NCBI GenBank assembly: GCA_030390025.1
Contig: CM059432.1
Coordinates: 147,872,001-147,936,000, forward strand
Source of the DNA: Squalus acanthias
Taxonomy: Eukaryota
DNA length: 64,000 nt
Direction: 5' to 3'
Shown: positions 13,391 through 26,470 of the stretch, in pieces
How the letters are laid out: each line of letters begins with the position of its first letter
Numbering within the stretch: the stretch's first letter is position 1
The notes under the pieces: generated by a model
What the model saw: the letters and a program-made list of their open reading frames with translations, nothing else
Databases searched by the model: none
Told to the model about the DNA's origin: nothing
Position numbers and translations under genes: made by a program

Positions 13391-14585
13391 GCGGTCAGCT
13401 GTTAAATTTAAAATGATTGACAGCAGGTCGCGAACGTGCACACTGGACTTTCCCGATGTCGGGTCTGCCAGCGCTGAGCAGACCCGATAGGCAGCGGCAG
13501 GGAAGGCAATTAAATCATTAGTGGCTTGTTTAGAGCCACTTATCCATGGTTTTTTTCCCAGCTTTTTGGATTTGACAGGTGACCCATCGGTTTCCTGCTG
13601 TGCCTAGACCTCGTCTTGAAGCTGAGGCAGGAGGTCAGTGGCCATTGAATCAGCTGTTGAGTTGACAGCTTCAAATGTACAGTAAAAGCTCCCACCTTAC
13701 AGAGATATCTTCGCTTAGCCATAAGCTCTTCCTCACTTCATTTCCACAACAGATTCACCATGCTGCAAGTCTTTACACAAGTCTCCCTCCAGCCTGACCT
13801 CATTACCTCTCTCACCATTGACAGATCGCTTCTGTCATCTCTACTTCACCTGTCGTCTATTCCATCAGCATGGGAAGCCCTTTATACTCTCTCGCCTTGG
13901 TCCTCAGAATCCCACCATGATCAGCCCCAACACCAGCAGCACCAGGCACACCAGCAGCACCAACAACAACACCAACCTTCTCCGCAATCACCTGGTGCTG
14001 CACAGGACACAGGGCATCAGCACCCGACCACATTGCTGCCTGGGAAGCCAGGGATGGCCTCACCACGGCCAGATTTGCTTCACTTGATGCTGTACACCCT
14101 GGCTGCCACATGATGTGCCAGGTCAGCACTACCCCACACCAATACCATAAAGCATCCCCACAATGCCCAAGCCATTCCTTTCACACTCATCACCATTGCG
14201 AGGGGTACCGTTATGTCTCACCATTAACTACAACTCACTAAGCCACTTCCAAAGGTGCACACAAATCTGTCCAAGAATGCAAAGTGTTAAAAATAAAGGT
14301 TTCAATGTTTGACAGCACATTAACATAAACTTTACATGAGAATTGGATAAAACACCCAAGTGCCTACCCTTGTGTGTTGTTAGTTGGTATGATTGCACTA
14401 GGATGAGGGTGATGTGTTAGAGGCGGCTGGTGAGATGGGGATGTGATAATGTAAATAGAGAGGGATGGGTGGAGGTGCAAGGTAAGTTGGTGTGAGTAAG
14501 GATGTGCAGGAGTAGGGTAGGGAAGGCAGAGTGATGGGGATGTGATGAGAGGCACAGCAGGATGAGGTCGAGTATGGCTCTGCAG

Positions 14586-14790
14586 TAACGTTTCGTGATC
14601 TACTGAGATCATTGAAAGGTTTGCGCCACTGCAGCCAGGTCCTCCTGACGACATCCCTGCTTGTGTCCTCCTGTGCAATGTTCAACCAGGCTGCGTTGGT
14701 GTCCTGGGGAGGTCTCTTCCGCCCATTGGAAGGGAAGAGAACCTCCCTGTGTGCTGTGACTCTCTCCATAAGCATATGGAGGCAACCCAG
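14586..14790 (-). pseudogene. Harbinger Myb/SANT exon remnant
   Basis: REVLFPSNGRKRPP...AWLNIAQE.TSRDVVRRTWLQWRKPFNDL. Confidence 0.8.
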
Positions 14791-15544
14791 TCAGCGCAAA
14801 TTGCGCTAGTTTTGAGAAGTGCTTTTGTCACAAGTTTCCACTCAAACTCATCTGCATATCGCCGAATGTAAAACCTGCCGTGAAGCAGGGGAATCGGGCA
14901 GTGTTTTAGAACATAACTATTTTGCATTAAAAAATATTCCTTGATATATCTCAGAGTGGTAACTTGGTGTAGCTTTATTAATACAACTGAAAATGGGTTT
15001 ATAACAAAAATAAGCATTTTTAATCAGAGTGTCTAGTCCACCACCTGATTTTAAATAACTGTAAATGACTTTAAAAAACTATACAGATACATTTACTGGT
15101 TACACTGGTGTACAGTAGTCAGTTTCTTAGTAAATTAAAAAAAAATAATATTCAAAATCTTTTAAAACGTGCCTTTTAGTGTTCTTGCCCCTGAAACAAA
15201 GGCTTAATTTTAAGAGCTTGCTTGAAGACCCTGCAAACGAGCGCAATTAGCGGAAACTCGCAATGGTGATTAATTCATTTCTGAGGACCTGGCCAGTTTT
15301 GTGGGCAGGGCTGACTTCTAGCACAATGTTTGTTAAACTAGCGCAAAAGATCGCGGAAACTCAATTTGCGTTGAATGTATTTTGCGCTTCAAGTTCTTCG
15401 GCCTTTTTGCGTTGGTTTGGCCGAGTTCGGGCGAATTGCGCTGGACAAAAGCAGCGCAAACTAATGGAAACTCATGCCTGTTTGCTCTGGCAAGGAGGGC
15501 ATTGGCGACCTGCTTGATGCAGCCGTGCACTGCAGACTGAGAGA

Positions 15545-15810
15545 CGTGGTGTGATGTTACGGTGATGAGGCGACTTTAACAGCCACTTGCAAAACATGGG
15601 CCCCTGATCCAATAGGCAGCGGGTCTTGCTGTGACAGGCTGCATTGGTCAGCGACAGCCTGCCTGGTGAAGAGCAGCCTCCTCCTGCACTGCGCATGAGA
15701 AATAGCCAAGAAAGTAAGTCTTGGCCTATAGACCCTGTGGGCTCGGTAAGGCCTTCTCTGAGCAGCTCCCCACACTTGCTGTCCCAATTCTTCAGGCTGC
15801 TGCTATTCCT
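15545..15810 (-). pseudogene. Harbinger transposase N-terminal remnant; start (ATGGGTGCT near 16499) separated by a CR1 insertion
   Basis: RRPYRAHRVYRPRLTFLAISHAQCRRRL.FTRQAV...VAVKV. Confidence 0.75.
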
Positions 15811-15812
15811 CT

Positions 15813-16492
15813 TAGAAACATAGAAACATAGAAAAATAGGAGCAGGAGTAGGCCATTCGGCCCTTCGAGCCTGCTCTGCCATTCAATATGATCATGGCTG
15901 ATCCTCTATCTCATTACCATATTCCCGCTCTCTCCCCATACCCCTTGATGTCTTTTGTGTCTAGAAATCTATCTACTACAGTATCTCCTTCTTAAATATA
16001 TTCAGTGACTTGGCCTCCACAGCCTTCTGTGGTAGAGAATTCCACAGGTTCACCACCCTCTGAGTGAAGAAATTTCTCCTCATCTCAGTCCTAAATGTCC
16101 TACCCCGTATCCTGAGACTGTGACCCCTCATTCTAGACCCCCCAACCAGGGGAAACATCCTCCCTGCATCCAGTCTGTCTAGCCCTGTCAGAATTTTATA
16201 CGTTTCAATGAGATCCCCTCTCATTCTTCTAAACTCTGGTGAACACAGGCCTAGTCGACCCAATCTCTCCTCATACGACAGTCCTGCCATCCCAGGAATC
16301 AGTCTGGTGAACCTTCGCTGCACTCCCTTTATGGCAAGTATATCCTTTCTTAGGTAAGGAGACCAAAACTGCACACTGTACTCCAGGTGTGGTCTCACCA
16401 AGGCCCTGTACAACTGTAGTAAGACATCCTTGCTCCTGTACTCAAATCCTCTCACAATCAAGGCCAACATACCATTTGCCTTCCTAACCAGC
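15813..16492 (-). mobile_element. CR1 3' fragment (ORF2 C-terminus and tail)
   Basis: ORF 15976-16494: LYRALVRPHLEY..QFWSP..RGDLIETYKI..FFTQRVVNLWNSLP. Confidence 0.95.
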
Positions 16493-17594
16493 ACCCATGA
16501 TAAGCAGAGCGCTTAATGAGGGTAGGTGAGGGGCTAAAAGAATTCAGAAAGAAACAAATTGGAAGAACAGAACTGCCTTGGGAATGCACTATGCGTGCTG
16601 CAGGTGAGTGCCTGTTTAAATGCACCTTCCAGTTGTGTCAGTCAGTTTGTGAAGCTTTACTTAGCGGATTGGCCACTGGGAGGGACTTCAGACCCACCCA
16701 GTTAAAGTTGAATCTGGGTCCAAATTACACCATTGGACCCCTCTTTGAATATATTCATCAGGCACCCACCTGTTTATGGCTGGTGTGTTTCCGACCTCGG
16801 CCAGTAGCACAGTTAAATTAATGATCGGGAGTTTCTGGAGGGAATGGGGCAGTAAGTCGCTTTTTCCGATTTTAACTGCGCACCCACTCAATGGTCATTG
16901 GATGGGTTGGGTTAAACTCAGGGCCTCCAGGGCTGATTCTGTGGCCTGCGACCCTGTCCAGTGAGGCTCCAGACTGGGAGTGAAAACAGGAAAACAGGGC
17001 TATAATACTACAGGGCTGATTCTGTGACTCAGCTCCCAAATAATGAGGCTTCACCAAATTCCTCCATTGCGTTAATTGGCAAAGCAAATATATTTATAAT
17101 TGTCATAAAACTTTTTATTTGCTGTATGATTACAAACATTTCAAAGTTGAATCTTGCCATATCTTGTGGATATTCCTCCCCTTGGATTGAAGTGCAAAGT
17201 ATCATTGTCCAAAATTTACAGACACTGTGCACTTTCTCTAGCTCTCCCCTGTCCCGAGGAGGCAGAGTGTATAGAGGGTCATTCGACGAACATGATTGGG
17301 AAGCAAAAGTGTGACATTCTTCTGTTCACTAATTCTAGCAAAAAAAAAGTTGGGTGTCAACAGGAATTTGCTTTACACTGACACCAAGCCTTTCACTAAA
17401 GTTAGCAAATGACTGAATTTCCTGCAGTTGTCATTGCCTGAACGTTGGAGTCACCCAGCTTTTAGCTATTCATCTGAGCAGTGGGGCGGGATCAGTCAGG
17501 GTTTTCGCTCCCCACTCACTACTTAACACTTCCCCACCCTAACCAAACTCCTCTAATGAGTACTGTTTCTTTTCTACCCTTCAGTTTCTTATCA

Positions 17595-19030
17595 TTCGGC
17601 CCATCGAGTCTGCGCTCTTTCAAAGAGCAATCCAGTTAGTCCCACTCCTCCGCTCTTTCCCCGTATCCCTGCAAATTTTTCTCCTTCAAGTATTTATCCA
17701 ATTCCCTTTTGAAGATTACTATTGACTTTGGCCACGATTTTGTGATCGGTGTCGGGTTGGGTGCAGGACAGCTGGTTTCCAGCTGCCTCCGCTCCACATA
17801 TGTGATTTTCCCTTGATTGACCTTGTTAAGCCCCGCCCTGCGGGCTTGCCAGCCAATTAACAGGAAGTGGGTCTGATGACGTCATTTGATGACCTGTCAT
17901 CTGCCGGTTTCCTTAAAGGGACCATGCACAATTTTATTTTGACAGTTGATTTCTCAGTGTTTGACAGCATTGAGGTGCTGAAAACACTGACAATCACTGC
18001 AAAAGGTGAACTCTTGCACCCAGGCTCTCCAATGACTCCCTCCATAGGCTGGAATAGATGGCAGCTGCAGGTGAGGTGACGGAAGCGATCTGTCACTGGT
18101 GAGAGAGGTTCTCCCAGTGATGTGGCACTGGACGGAAAGTTGGAATAAAAATTTGTAAGCTAAAGAAATCTGTAAATGTTTTAAAAATGCAGCAACCAAC
18201 ATTTTCTTTGCTCTGAAACTCACCATGTGCAACATTGGATCCTTCACACCACTTCTGCAGCTGTCATCATTCCACAAACATTAGACCAGACTCACAACAC
18301 GCCACACTTACCTGGCGTGGTGTCCGGACGTTGGGAAACCCGAGCCAGAAGCGGCAAAATCCAAAAATAGGCTGTCAACTACTGGCAAGTACCGGTTAAC
18401 AGGCAGGTAATTGCCTTTAATCTACTTCCCGCCGCTAGGTGTCGGGTCCATTCGCAAATCGGGGACCCGACACTTGGGAAAGCTGTTTAAAGGCAGGTTG
18501 ATGGTGGGATCGGAACCCGCCGTCAATCAAATCGAATTTAACCTCTGACCCGCCTCCAAACCCGCCCTCTGAGTGCCGGCAAAATCGCGGCTTCTGTAGC
18601 CACCGCCCTATCAGGCAGCGCATTCCAAATCCTAACCACTCGTTGCGAAAAAAAGTTTTTCCTCATGTCGCCTCTGGTTCTTTTGCCAATCACCCTAAGT
18701 CTGTGTCCTCTGGTTATCGACCCTTCAGCCATTGGAAACAGTTTCTCTTTATTCACTCTATCTAAACCCTTCATGATTTTAAACACCTCTATCAAATCTC
18801 CTCTTAGCCTTCTCTGCTCCAAGGAAAACAACCCCATCTTCTCTAGTCTCAAGCGTAACCGTATTCCCTCATCCCAGGACCCCATTCCAGTAAATCTCTT
18901 CTGTACCTCCTCCAAAAGCCTTCACGTCCTTCCTAAAGTGTGGTGCCCAGAATTGGACACAATACTCCAGCTGGGGACGAACCAGTGTTTTATAAAGGTT
19001 TAGCATAACTTCCTGGCTCTTGTACTCTAT
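17595..19030 (-). mobile_element. CR1 3' fragment interrupted by a Harbinger MITE
   Basis: RRLRGDLIEVFKI..FFSQRVVRIWNALP; CR1 3' UTR resumes left of 17730. Confidence 0.85.
17730..18592 (+). mobile_element. ~870-bp non-autonomous Harbinger element (copy 2)
   Basis: TIRs GGCCACGATTTT / AAAATCGCGGCT; colinear with copy 1. Confidence 0.85.
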
Positions 19031-19161
19031 GGCCTAGAAATTGGAGGTGTTAGCGCCGGCCATTAAGTCCCGCTTTGGAAAAAAAATGGCGGACACCTCA
19101 CTTCTGCTCACTGCCGGCAGGTCCCGTAGCGGCTGCCTTTATCGGCTGGGCGGCAGCACTG

Positions 19162-19410
19162 AAAAAGAAAAAAGACTTGCATTTATATAGCGCCTTTCAC
19201 GACCACCAGACATCCCAAAGCGCTTCACAGCCTATGAAGTACTTTTTGAAGTGGAGTCACTGTTGTAATGTGGGAAACGCGGCAGCCAATTTGGGCACAG
19301 CAAGGTCCCACAAGCAGCAATGTGATAATGACCGGATCATCTGTTTTTACTGATGTTGATTGAGGGATAAATATTGGCCCCAGGACACCGCGGAGAACTC
19401 CCCTGCGCTT
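19162..19410 (-). mobile_element. SacSINE1-like 3' half
   Basis: Reverse complement matches 2150-2392. Confidence 0.8.
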
Positions 19411-19624
19411 CCACTGCCGATGTCCGTGCTCACTGGAGATATATGTAGCTTATGCAGATTGTGACATCAGTGAGTGTGCAACATTCACCTGATGCCCGAT
19501 CTGCCATTTTCCAGTTCGGCGCTCCATTTACCGGCCTGTGTTAATTACAACCAGCTGACCAAGTGTTCAGCAGCAGGAAGGAGTCACCAGCAGCGATATT
19601 TAAAGGGATCTTCAGCAACAACTT

Positions 19625-22030
19625 GCAGCTACAACAACTACAACAACTTGTATTTATATAGCGCCTTTAACGTAGTAAAACGTCCCAAGGCGCTTCACAG
19701 GAGTGTTATACAAAACAAATTTGACACTGAGCCACATAAGGAGAAATTAGGGCAGATGACCAAAAGCTTGGTCAAAGAGGTAAGTTTTAAGCAGGGTCTT
19801 AAAAGAGGAGAGAGAGGTAGCGAGGTGGAGAGGTTTAGGGAGGGAATTCCAGAGCTTAGGGCCCAGGCAGCTGAAGGCACGGCCGCCAGTGGTGGAGCGA
19901 TTATAATCAGGGATGCTCAAGAGGCCAGAATTAGAGGAGCGCAGATATCTCATAAGAACATAAGAACATAAGAAATAGGAGCAGGAGTAGGCCAATTGAC
20001 CCCTCGAGCCTGCTCCGCCATTCAATAAGATCATGGCTGATCTGATCCTGACCGCCAATCTACTATCACAGAACCATCTCCTGAACCTAACAGAATTGGA
20101 CACACGAAATAGGAGCAGGATCAGGCTACACTGCCCCTGGGCCCGCTCCACTACCCACAGGGCCATGACCGATCCGAACCTAGACTCATGTCCAAATTCC
20201 TGCCCGCTCCCCGTAACCCTTAATTCCCTTTACTTCTAGGAAACTGTCTATTTCTGTTTTGGGATTGGAGGAGATTACAGAGATAGGGAGGGGCGAGGCC
20301 ATGGAGAGATTTGAAAACAAGAATGAGAACTTTAAAATCAAACTAAATATAGAAAGTTCAGAGGAGAAGTGAAAAGGAAAATAAGAGGGGCAAAGAGAGG
20401 GTATGAGAATAGAATGGCAGCCAACATAAAAGGTATTCCAAAAGTCTTCTATTGGCATATAAATAGTAAATGAGCGGTAAGAGAAGGGGTGGGGCCAACT
20501 AGGGACCAAAAAGGAGACCTACGCATGGAGGCAGATGGTATGGCTGAGGTACTAAATGAGTACATTTTATCTGTCTTCACCAAGGAAGAAGATGCTGCCA
20601 AATTCAGTGAAAGAGGAGGTAGTGGAGATACTGGATGGGATAAGAATTGATAAAGAGGAGGTATTAGAAAGGCTGGCTGTACTTAAAGTTGATAAGTCAC
20701 CAGGACCGGATGGGATGCATCCTGGGATACTGAGGGAAGTGAAGGAAGAAATCGCGGAGGTACTGGCCATAATATTCCAATCCTCCTTAGAAACAGGGGT
20801 GGTGCCAGAGGACTGGAGAATTGCAAATATTACACCATTGTTCAAAAAAGGGTGTAAAGATAAACCCAGCAACTATAGGCCGGTCAGTTCAACCTTAATA
20901 GTGGGGAAGCTTTTAGAAACAATAATCAGGGACAAAATTAACAGTCACTTGGATAAGTGTGGATTAATTAAGAAAGCCAACATGGATTTGTTAACTGCAA
21001 ATCGTGTTTAACAAACTTGATCGAGGTAACAGAGAGGGTTGATGAGGGTAATGCAGTTGACATAGATTCATAGAGCCATAGAGTCATACGGCACAGAAGG
21101 AGGCCATTCGGCCCATCAAGTCGGTGCCGGCTCTCTGTAGAGCAATCCAGTCAGTGAACTGGGCAGAGGAAGTTTGGCCCGGTGGGCTAGGGGAAGGAAG
21201 GGAAGTGGCAGAGGCAGCTGATCGAATGATCTCAATCTTAGAGACAAAGAAGTCCATGAGCTCCTCACACTTGTTGTTGAAGGTGAAGGTCGAGGAGATG
21301 GGGAGAGGGGTTAACAAGACGGTTTGCGGTAGAGAAAAGAAGCCGGTGGTTATCTTTGCATTCCAGAATGATCCTGGAATAGTGAGCAGTTTTGGCAGAC
21401 GAGAGCAGGGCCTGATAGTGCTTTACGTGGTCCAGCCAGATCTGGCGGTGAATGGCTAAACCAGTTGTCCGCCATATCCGTTCAAGTCTGCATCCCTTGG
21501 ACTTAAGGGTGCGGTGATGAGGGCCGTACCAGGGGGAACAGCCAGGGTGAGAGAGAGTAATGGTTTTAATAGGGACTAGGGCATCAAAGGTGGTGGTGAG
21601 GGTGTGGTTGAGCAGATCGGTAGCTGCAGAAATGCCATGGTGAATGGAGGGCTGGACAGTTGGGACAGTTGCAATTATAAGTGAGTTGGGAGAGAGTTCT
21701 TTCCAGGGGCGGACACAGAGGGAAGTAGGTTTTCTGGGGGAGAATGGGGGTGTGGGTGGAGAGCGATACGAGGAAATGGTCAGAGGTGGCCTTATTTGTG
21801 ATTGACACAATGTGAGTAGCGAGGCCACGAGAGATGGCAAGATCGAGGGGGTGGCCATGAATGTGGGTTGGGGAGTTTACATGGAGGGAGAGATTAAGGA
21901 AGGATAGGAGAGTAGTGATAGGAGAAAGCATGAGGATGAGAAGTCGCTCGGTGCGGAGGCTGAGGGAGGAAAGCAGTGAAGGTATCTCGTTGATAACATC
22001 TTATGGTACTTGGGTGGGTGGTAGAGAACG
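19625..22030. mobile_element. Nested L2 (19625-19950, 20265-20340, 21158-22030; minus) and CR1 (19951-20260 minus; 20345-21155 plus) fragments
   Basis: L2: GGRAFSCLGPKLWNSLP, PTHIHGHPLDL, SDHFLV, SPWY; CR1: KSPGPDGMHP..VPEDWRIAN..NYRPVS. Confidence 0.85.
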
Positions 22031-22306
22031 AAAAGCTGACATGCTTGTCAAGATTAACTGGTTCTAAACTTCTTCCAAGTTCCTAAGGAGGCAGGGGGCT
22101 AGAAATTCCGCTAACAGCCGGCGCAAAGGGCTTATCGCCTGGGGGGTGGGGGGCGAGAAAAGCGTCTCCTGAGAAATTTGTCAGGGCGTTGCTGAGGTGC
22201 AACCCAATAGCACCGCGCCCCCGCCGGTAGCACCCCGGGCTGCTGCACCACCAGCGATGATGATATCGGCGTGCGCCGCGGCCCCTTAGCACCCCGTGGC
22301 AGAAAT

Positions 22307-22553
22307 TCATGGGTCAATGTGGTAGAATGGCTCCAATTCCGATTCCGCCAGTGTCTCACTGGTCTTTACCCCAAATCCCTCGATCAGTTCCTGCATCATT
22401 TTTCTACACAATTGTGCTGTTTCAGGCTTGCACCAACCAGGCAGCCCCAACATGGTCAGATTCAACAGTACTGGTACTACCTCATGATGCAGGTCGTGGA
22501 CAGCACCCTTCGAGTGGGGATCACCACCAGCCCATTTGTTGGCCCCGGGGTGT
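22307..22553 (-). pseudogene. env: Env-like gene, distal fragment (continuation of 27948-27358)
   Basis: TPGPTNGLVVIPTRRVL / (frameshift) HDLHHEVVPVLLNLTMLGLPGWCKPETAQLCRKMMQELIEGF; NLT sequon; same strand as the retroelement and joins in frame. Confidence 0.6.
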
Positions 22554-23349
22554 GTCATAAGAACATAAGAAGTAAGAGCAGGAGTAGACCACACGGCCCC
22601 TCGAGCCTGCTCCACCATTCAATAAGATCATGGCTGATCATCGACCTCAACTCCACTTTCCTGCCCGATCTCCATATCCCTCGATTCCCCTCGAGTCCAA
22701 AAATCTATCGCTCTCAGCCTTGAATATACTCAAAGACTCAGCATTCACAGCCCTCTGGGGCAGAAAATTCCAAAGATTCACAACCCTCTGAGTGAAGAAA
22801 TTGCTCCTCATCTTGGTCATAAATGGCCGACCCCTTATCCTGAGACTATGCCCCCTAGTTCTAGACTCTCCAGCCAGGGGAAACAACCTCTCAGCATCTA
22901 CCCTGTCAATCCCCCTCAGAATCTTATGTTTCAATGAGATCACCTCTCATTCTTCCAAACTCCAGAGAGTATAGGCCCATTCTACACAACCTCTCATCAT
23001 AGGACAGCCCTCTCATCCCAGGAATCAATCTAGTGAACCTTTGTTGCACCACCTCCAAGGCAATTATATCCTTCCTTAGATAAGGAGACCAAAACTGTGC
23101 ACAGTACTCCAGGTGTGGTCTCACCAAGGCCCTCTACAGTTGTAGCAAGACTTCCTTACTCTTATACTCCAACCCCCTTGCAATAAAGGCCAACATGCCA
23201 TTTGCCTTCCTTCTTGCTTGCTGTACCTGCATGCTAGCTTTCTGTGTTTCTTGCACGAGGACACCCAAATCTCTCTGAACACCAAAATTTGAAAGTTTCT
23301 CACCATTTAAAAAATATTCTGTTGTTCTATTCTTCCTACCAAAGTGAAT

Positions 23350-24755
23350 AACAACAACAATAACAACTTGGATTTATATAGCGCCTTTAACGTAGTAAAA
23401 CGTCCCAAGGCGCTGCACAGGAGTATTTTAAGACAACAAATTTGACACCGAGCCACATAAGGATAAATTAGGGCAGATGACCAAAAGCTTGGTCAAAGAG
23501 GTAGGTTTCAAGGAGCGTCTTAAAGGAGGAAAGAGAGGTAGTGAGGCGGATAGGTTTAGGCAGGGAATTCCAGAGCTTAGGGCCTAGGCAACAGAAGGCA
23601 CGGCCACCAAAGGTTGAGCGATTATAATCAGGGATCCTCAAGAGGGAAGAATTAGAGGAGCGCAGATATCTCAGGGGGTTGTGGGGCTGGAGGAGATTAC
23701 AGTGATAGGATGGGGCGAGGCCATGGAGGGATTTGAAAACAAGGATGAGAATTTTTAAGTCGAGGCGCTGCTTAACCGGGAGCCAATGTAGGTCAGCGAG
23801 CACAGGGGTGATGGGTGAACGGGACTTGGTGCGAGTTAGGACATCGGCAGCTGAGTTTTGGATGACCTCAAGTTTACGTAGGGTAGAATGTGGGAGGCCA
23901 GCCAGGAATGCATTGGAATAGTCAAGTCTAGAGGTAACAAAGGCATGGATGAGGGTTTCAGCAGCGGATGAGCTGAGGCAAGGGCAGAGACGGGCGATGT
24001 AGGTGGAAGTAGGTGGTCTTTGTTATGCTGCGGATATGTAGTCGGAAGCTCATTTCAGGGTCAAATATGACACCAAGGTTGCGAACAGTGTGGTTCAGCC
24101 TCAAACAGATGTTAGGGAGAGCGATGGAGTCAGTGGCTGGGGAACGGAGTTTGTGGCGGGGACCAAAAACAATGGAGAAAATTTTTGCTCATCCAGAACT
24201 GTATGTCGGACAAGCAGTCTGACAATTTAGACACCATGGAGGGGTCGAGAGAAGAGATAGTGAGGTAGAGCTGGGTGTCGTCAGCGTACATGTGGAAACT
24301 GACGCTGTGTTTTCGGGTGATGTCGCCAAGGGGCAACATTTAGATGAGAAATAGGAGGGGGCCAAGGATAGATCCTTGGTGGACACCAGAGGTAACGATG
24401 CGGGAGCGGGAAGAGAAGCTGTTGCAGGTGATTCTCTGGCTACGATGAGATAGATAAGAATGGAACCAGGCGAGTGCAGTCCCACCCAGCTGGACGATGG
24501 TGGAGAGGCGTTGGAGAAGGATGGAGTGGTCAACTGTGTCAAAGGCTGCAGACAAGTCAAGAAGGATGAGGAGGGATAGTTTACCTTTGACACAGTCACA
24601 AAGGATGTCATTTGTGACTTTGATGAGAGCCATTTCGGTACTGTGGCAAAGATGGAAACCTGATTGGAGGGATTCAAACATGGAATTGCAGGAAACATGG
24701 GCACGGATTTGGGAGGCGACAACACGTTCAAGGACTTTGGAGAGGATAGGGAGGT
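23350..24755 (-). mobile_element. L2 LINE 3' 1.4 kb
   Basis: QSGF..HSTE.ALIKVTND, LLDLSAAFDTVDH, QGSILGPLLF, YADDTQLY, LHWLPV; (TTG)n tail. Confidence 0.95.
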
Positions 24756-25510
24756 TCCCTACATTATACTCCATCTGTCATCTTACTGCCCACTCACTTA
24801 GTCTATCTATATCCCTTTGCAGACTCTTTGTGTTCTCCTCACAGCTTACTGTCCCACCTAGCTTTGTATCATCAGCAAACTTGGATACATTACACTCGGT
24901 CCCTTCATCTAGATCATTAATACAGATTGTAAGTAGCTGAGGCCCCAACACTGATCCTTGTGGCACCCCACTAGTTACAGCCTGCCAACCTGAAAAAGAT
25001 CCGTTTATCCCTACTCTCTGTTTTCTGTCCGTTAACCAATCCTCTATCCATGCTACTATATTACCCCCAACCCCCTGAGCCTTAATCTTGTGTAATAACC
25101 TTTTATGTGGCACCTTATCAAATCCCTTTTGGAAATCCAAATGTACTACATCTACTGCTTCCCCTTTATCTACCCTGCTAGTTACATCCTCAAAAAACTC
25201 TAATAAATTAGTCAAACACGATTTCCCTTTCATAAAACCATGTTGACTCTGCCTAATCAAGTTATGATTTTCTAAGTGCCCTGATACCACTTCCTTAACA
25301 ATGGATTCCAGCATTTTAGGTTAATTGTTTGCTTATTTTATTTAGTTTAAGTTATTAATTTAATAAGTACAAGCAAGTTAGTTTCTCAGCTCTTAACTTA
25401 ACCCCCTTCCCTAACTTAGAGAGCAAAAAAGAGCTGTAATACTCACCAACCAATCACCTACCTGCTCTCCTGTGATGTCACTCTTTGTGTTGTTTTTGAA
25501 TCGGAGCCTC

Positions 25511-26377
25511 GTCGCTGCTGCTGCTTTAATTCAGCTCCGCTCTCGGGCCGCTCTTTATCCTCTCGCCGCTGCCGCTGCTTTAATTCAGCTCCGCTCTCGG
25601 GCCGCTCTTTATCCTCTCGCCGCTGCCGCTGCTTTAATTCAGCTCCGCTCTCGGGCCGCTCTTTATCCTCTCACCGCTGCCGCTGCTTTAATTCAGCTCC
25701 ACTCTCGGGCCGCTCTTTATCCTCTCGCTGCTGCTGCTGCTTTAATTCAGGTCCGCTCTCGGGCCGCTCTTTATCCTGTCACCGCTGCCTTTGCTTTAAT
25801 TCAGCTCCGCTCTCGGGCCGCTCTTTATCCTCTCGCCGCTGCCGCTGCTTTAATTCAGCTCCGCTCTCGGGCCGCTCTTTATCCTCTCGCCGCTGCCGCT
25901 GCTTTAATTCAGCTCCGCTCTCGGGCCGCTCTTTATCCTCTCACCGCTGCCGCTGCTTTAATTCAGCTCCACTCTCGGGCCGCTCTTTATCCTCTCGCTG
26001 CTGCTGCTGCTTTAATTCAGGTCCGCTCTCGGGCCGCTCTTTATCCTGTCACCGCTGCCTTTGCTTTAATTCAGGTCCGCTCTCGGGCCGCTCTTTATCC
26101 TCTCGCCGCTGCCGCTGCTTTAATTCAGCTCCGCTCTCGGGCCGCTCTTTATCCTCTCACCGCTGCCGCTGCTTTAATTCAGGTCCGCTCTCGGGCCGCT
26201 CTTTATCCTCTAACTGCTGCCGCTGCTTTAATTCAGGTCTGCTCTCAGGCCGCTCTTTATCCTGTCACCGCTGTCGTTGCTTTAATTCAGGTCCGCTCTC
26301 GGGCCGCTCTTTATCCTCTCGCCGCTGTCGTTGCTTTAATTCAGGTCCGCTCTCGGGCCGCTCTTTATCCTCTCGCC
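25511..26377. repeat. 54-bp CpG-rich tandem array, 16 units
   Basis: Unit gccgctgccgctgctttaattcagctccgctctcgggccgctctttatcctctc; 16 units counted from the 18-aa period in ORF 25472-26515. Confidence 0.95.
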
Positions 26378-26470
26378 TTCTGTGTTTTATTCGTAGGGAG
26401 GGGGAAGTTTAGGACTGACTTTCAATTCCACTGTGTGTATTATTCCGTTGTTAAATTCCTGCACATGATA

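Larger units (their letters stand above)
22556..26400 (-). mobile_element. Internally deleted CR1 (5' UTR-like region, RT 3' part and tail), itself interrupted by L2
   Basis: RT ORF 24778-25314 ([22 protein letters not shown]); C-terminal ORFs 22647-23306; tail at 22556; non-coding leader 25316-26400. Confidence 0.8.

Noticed and set aside
20050..20190. Diverged second copy of a CR1 tail suggesting A-to-I or APOBEC hyperediting
   Set aside because: Changes are transitions in both directions, so ordinary divergence suffices.
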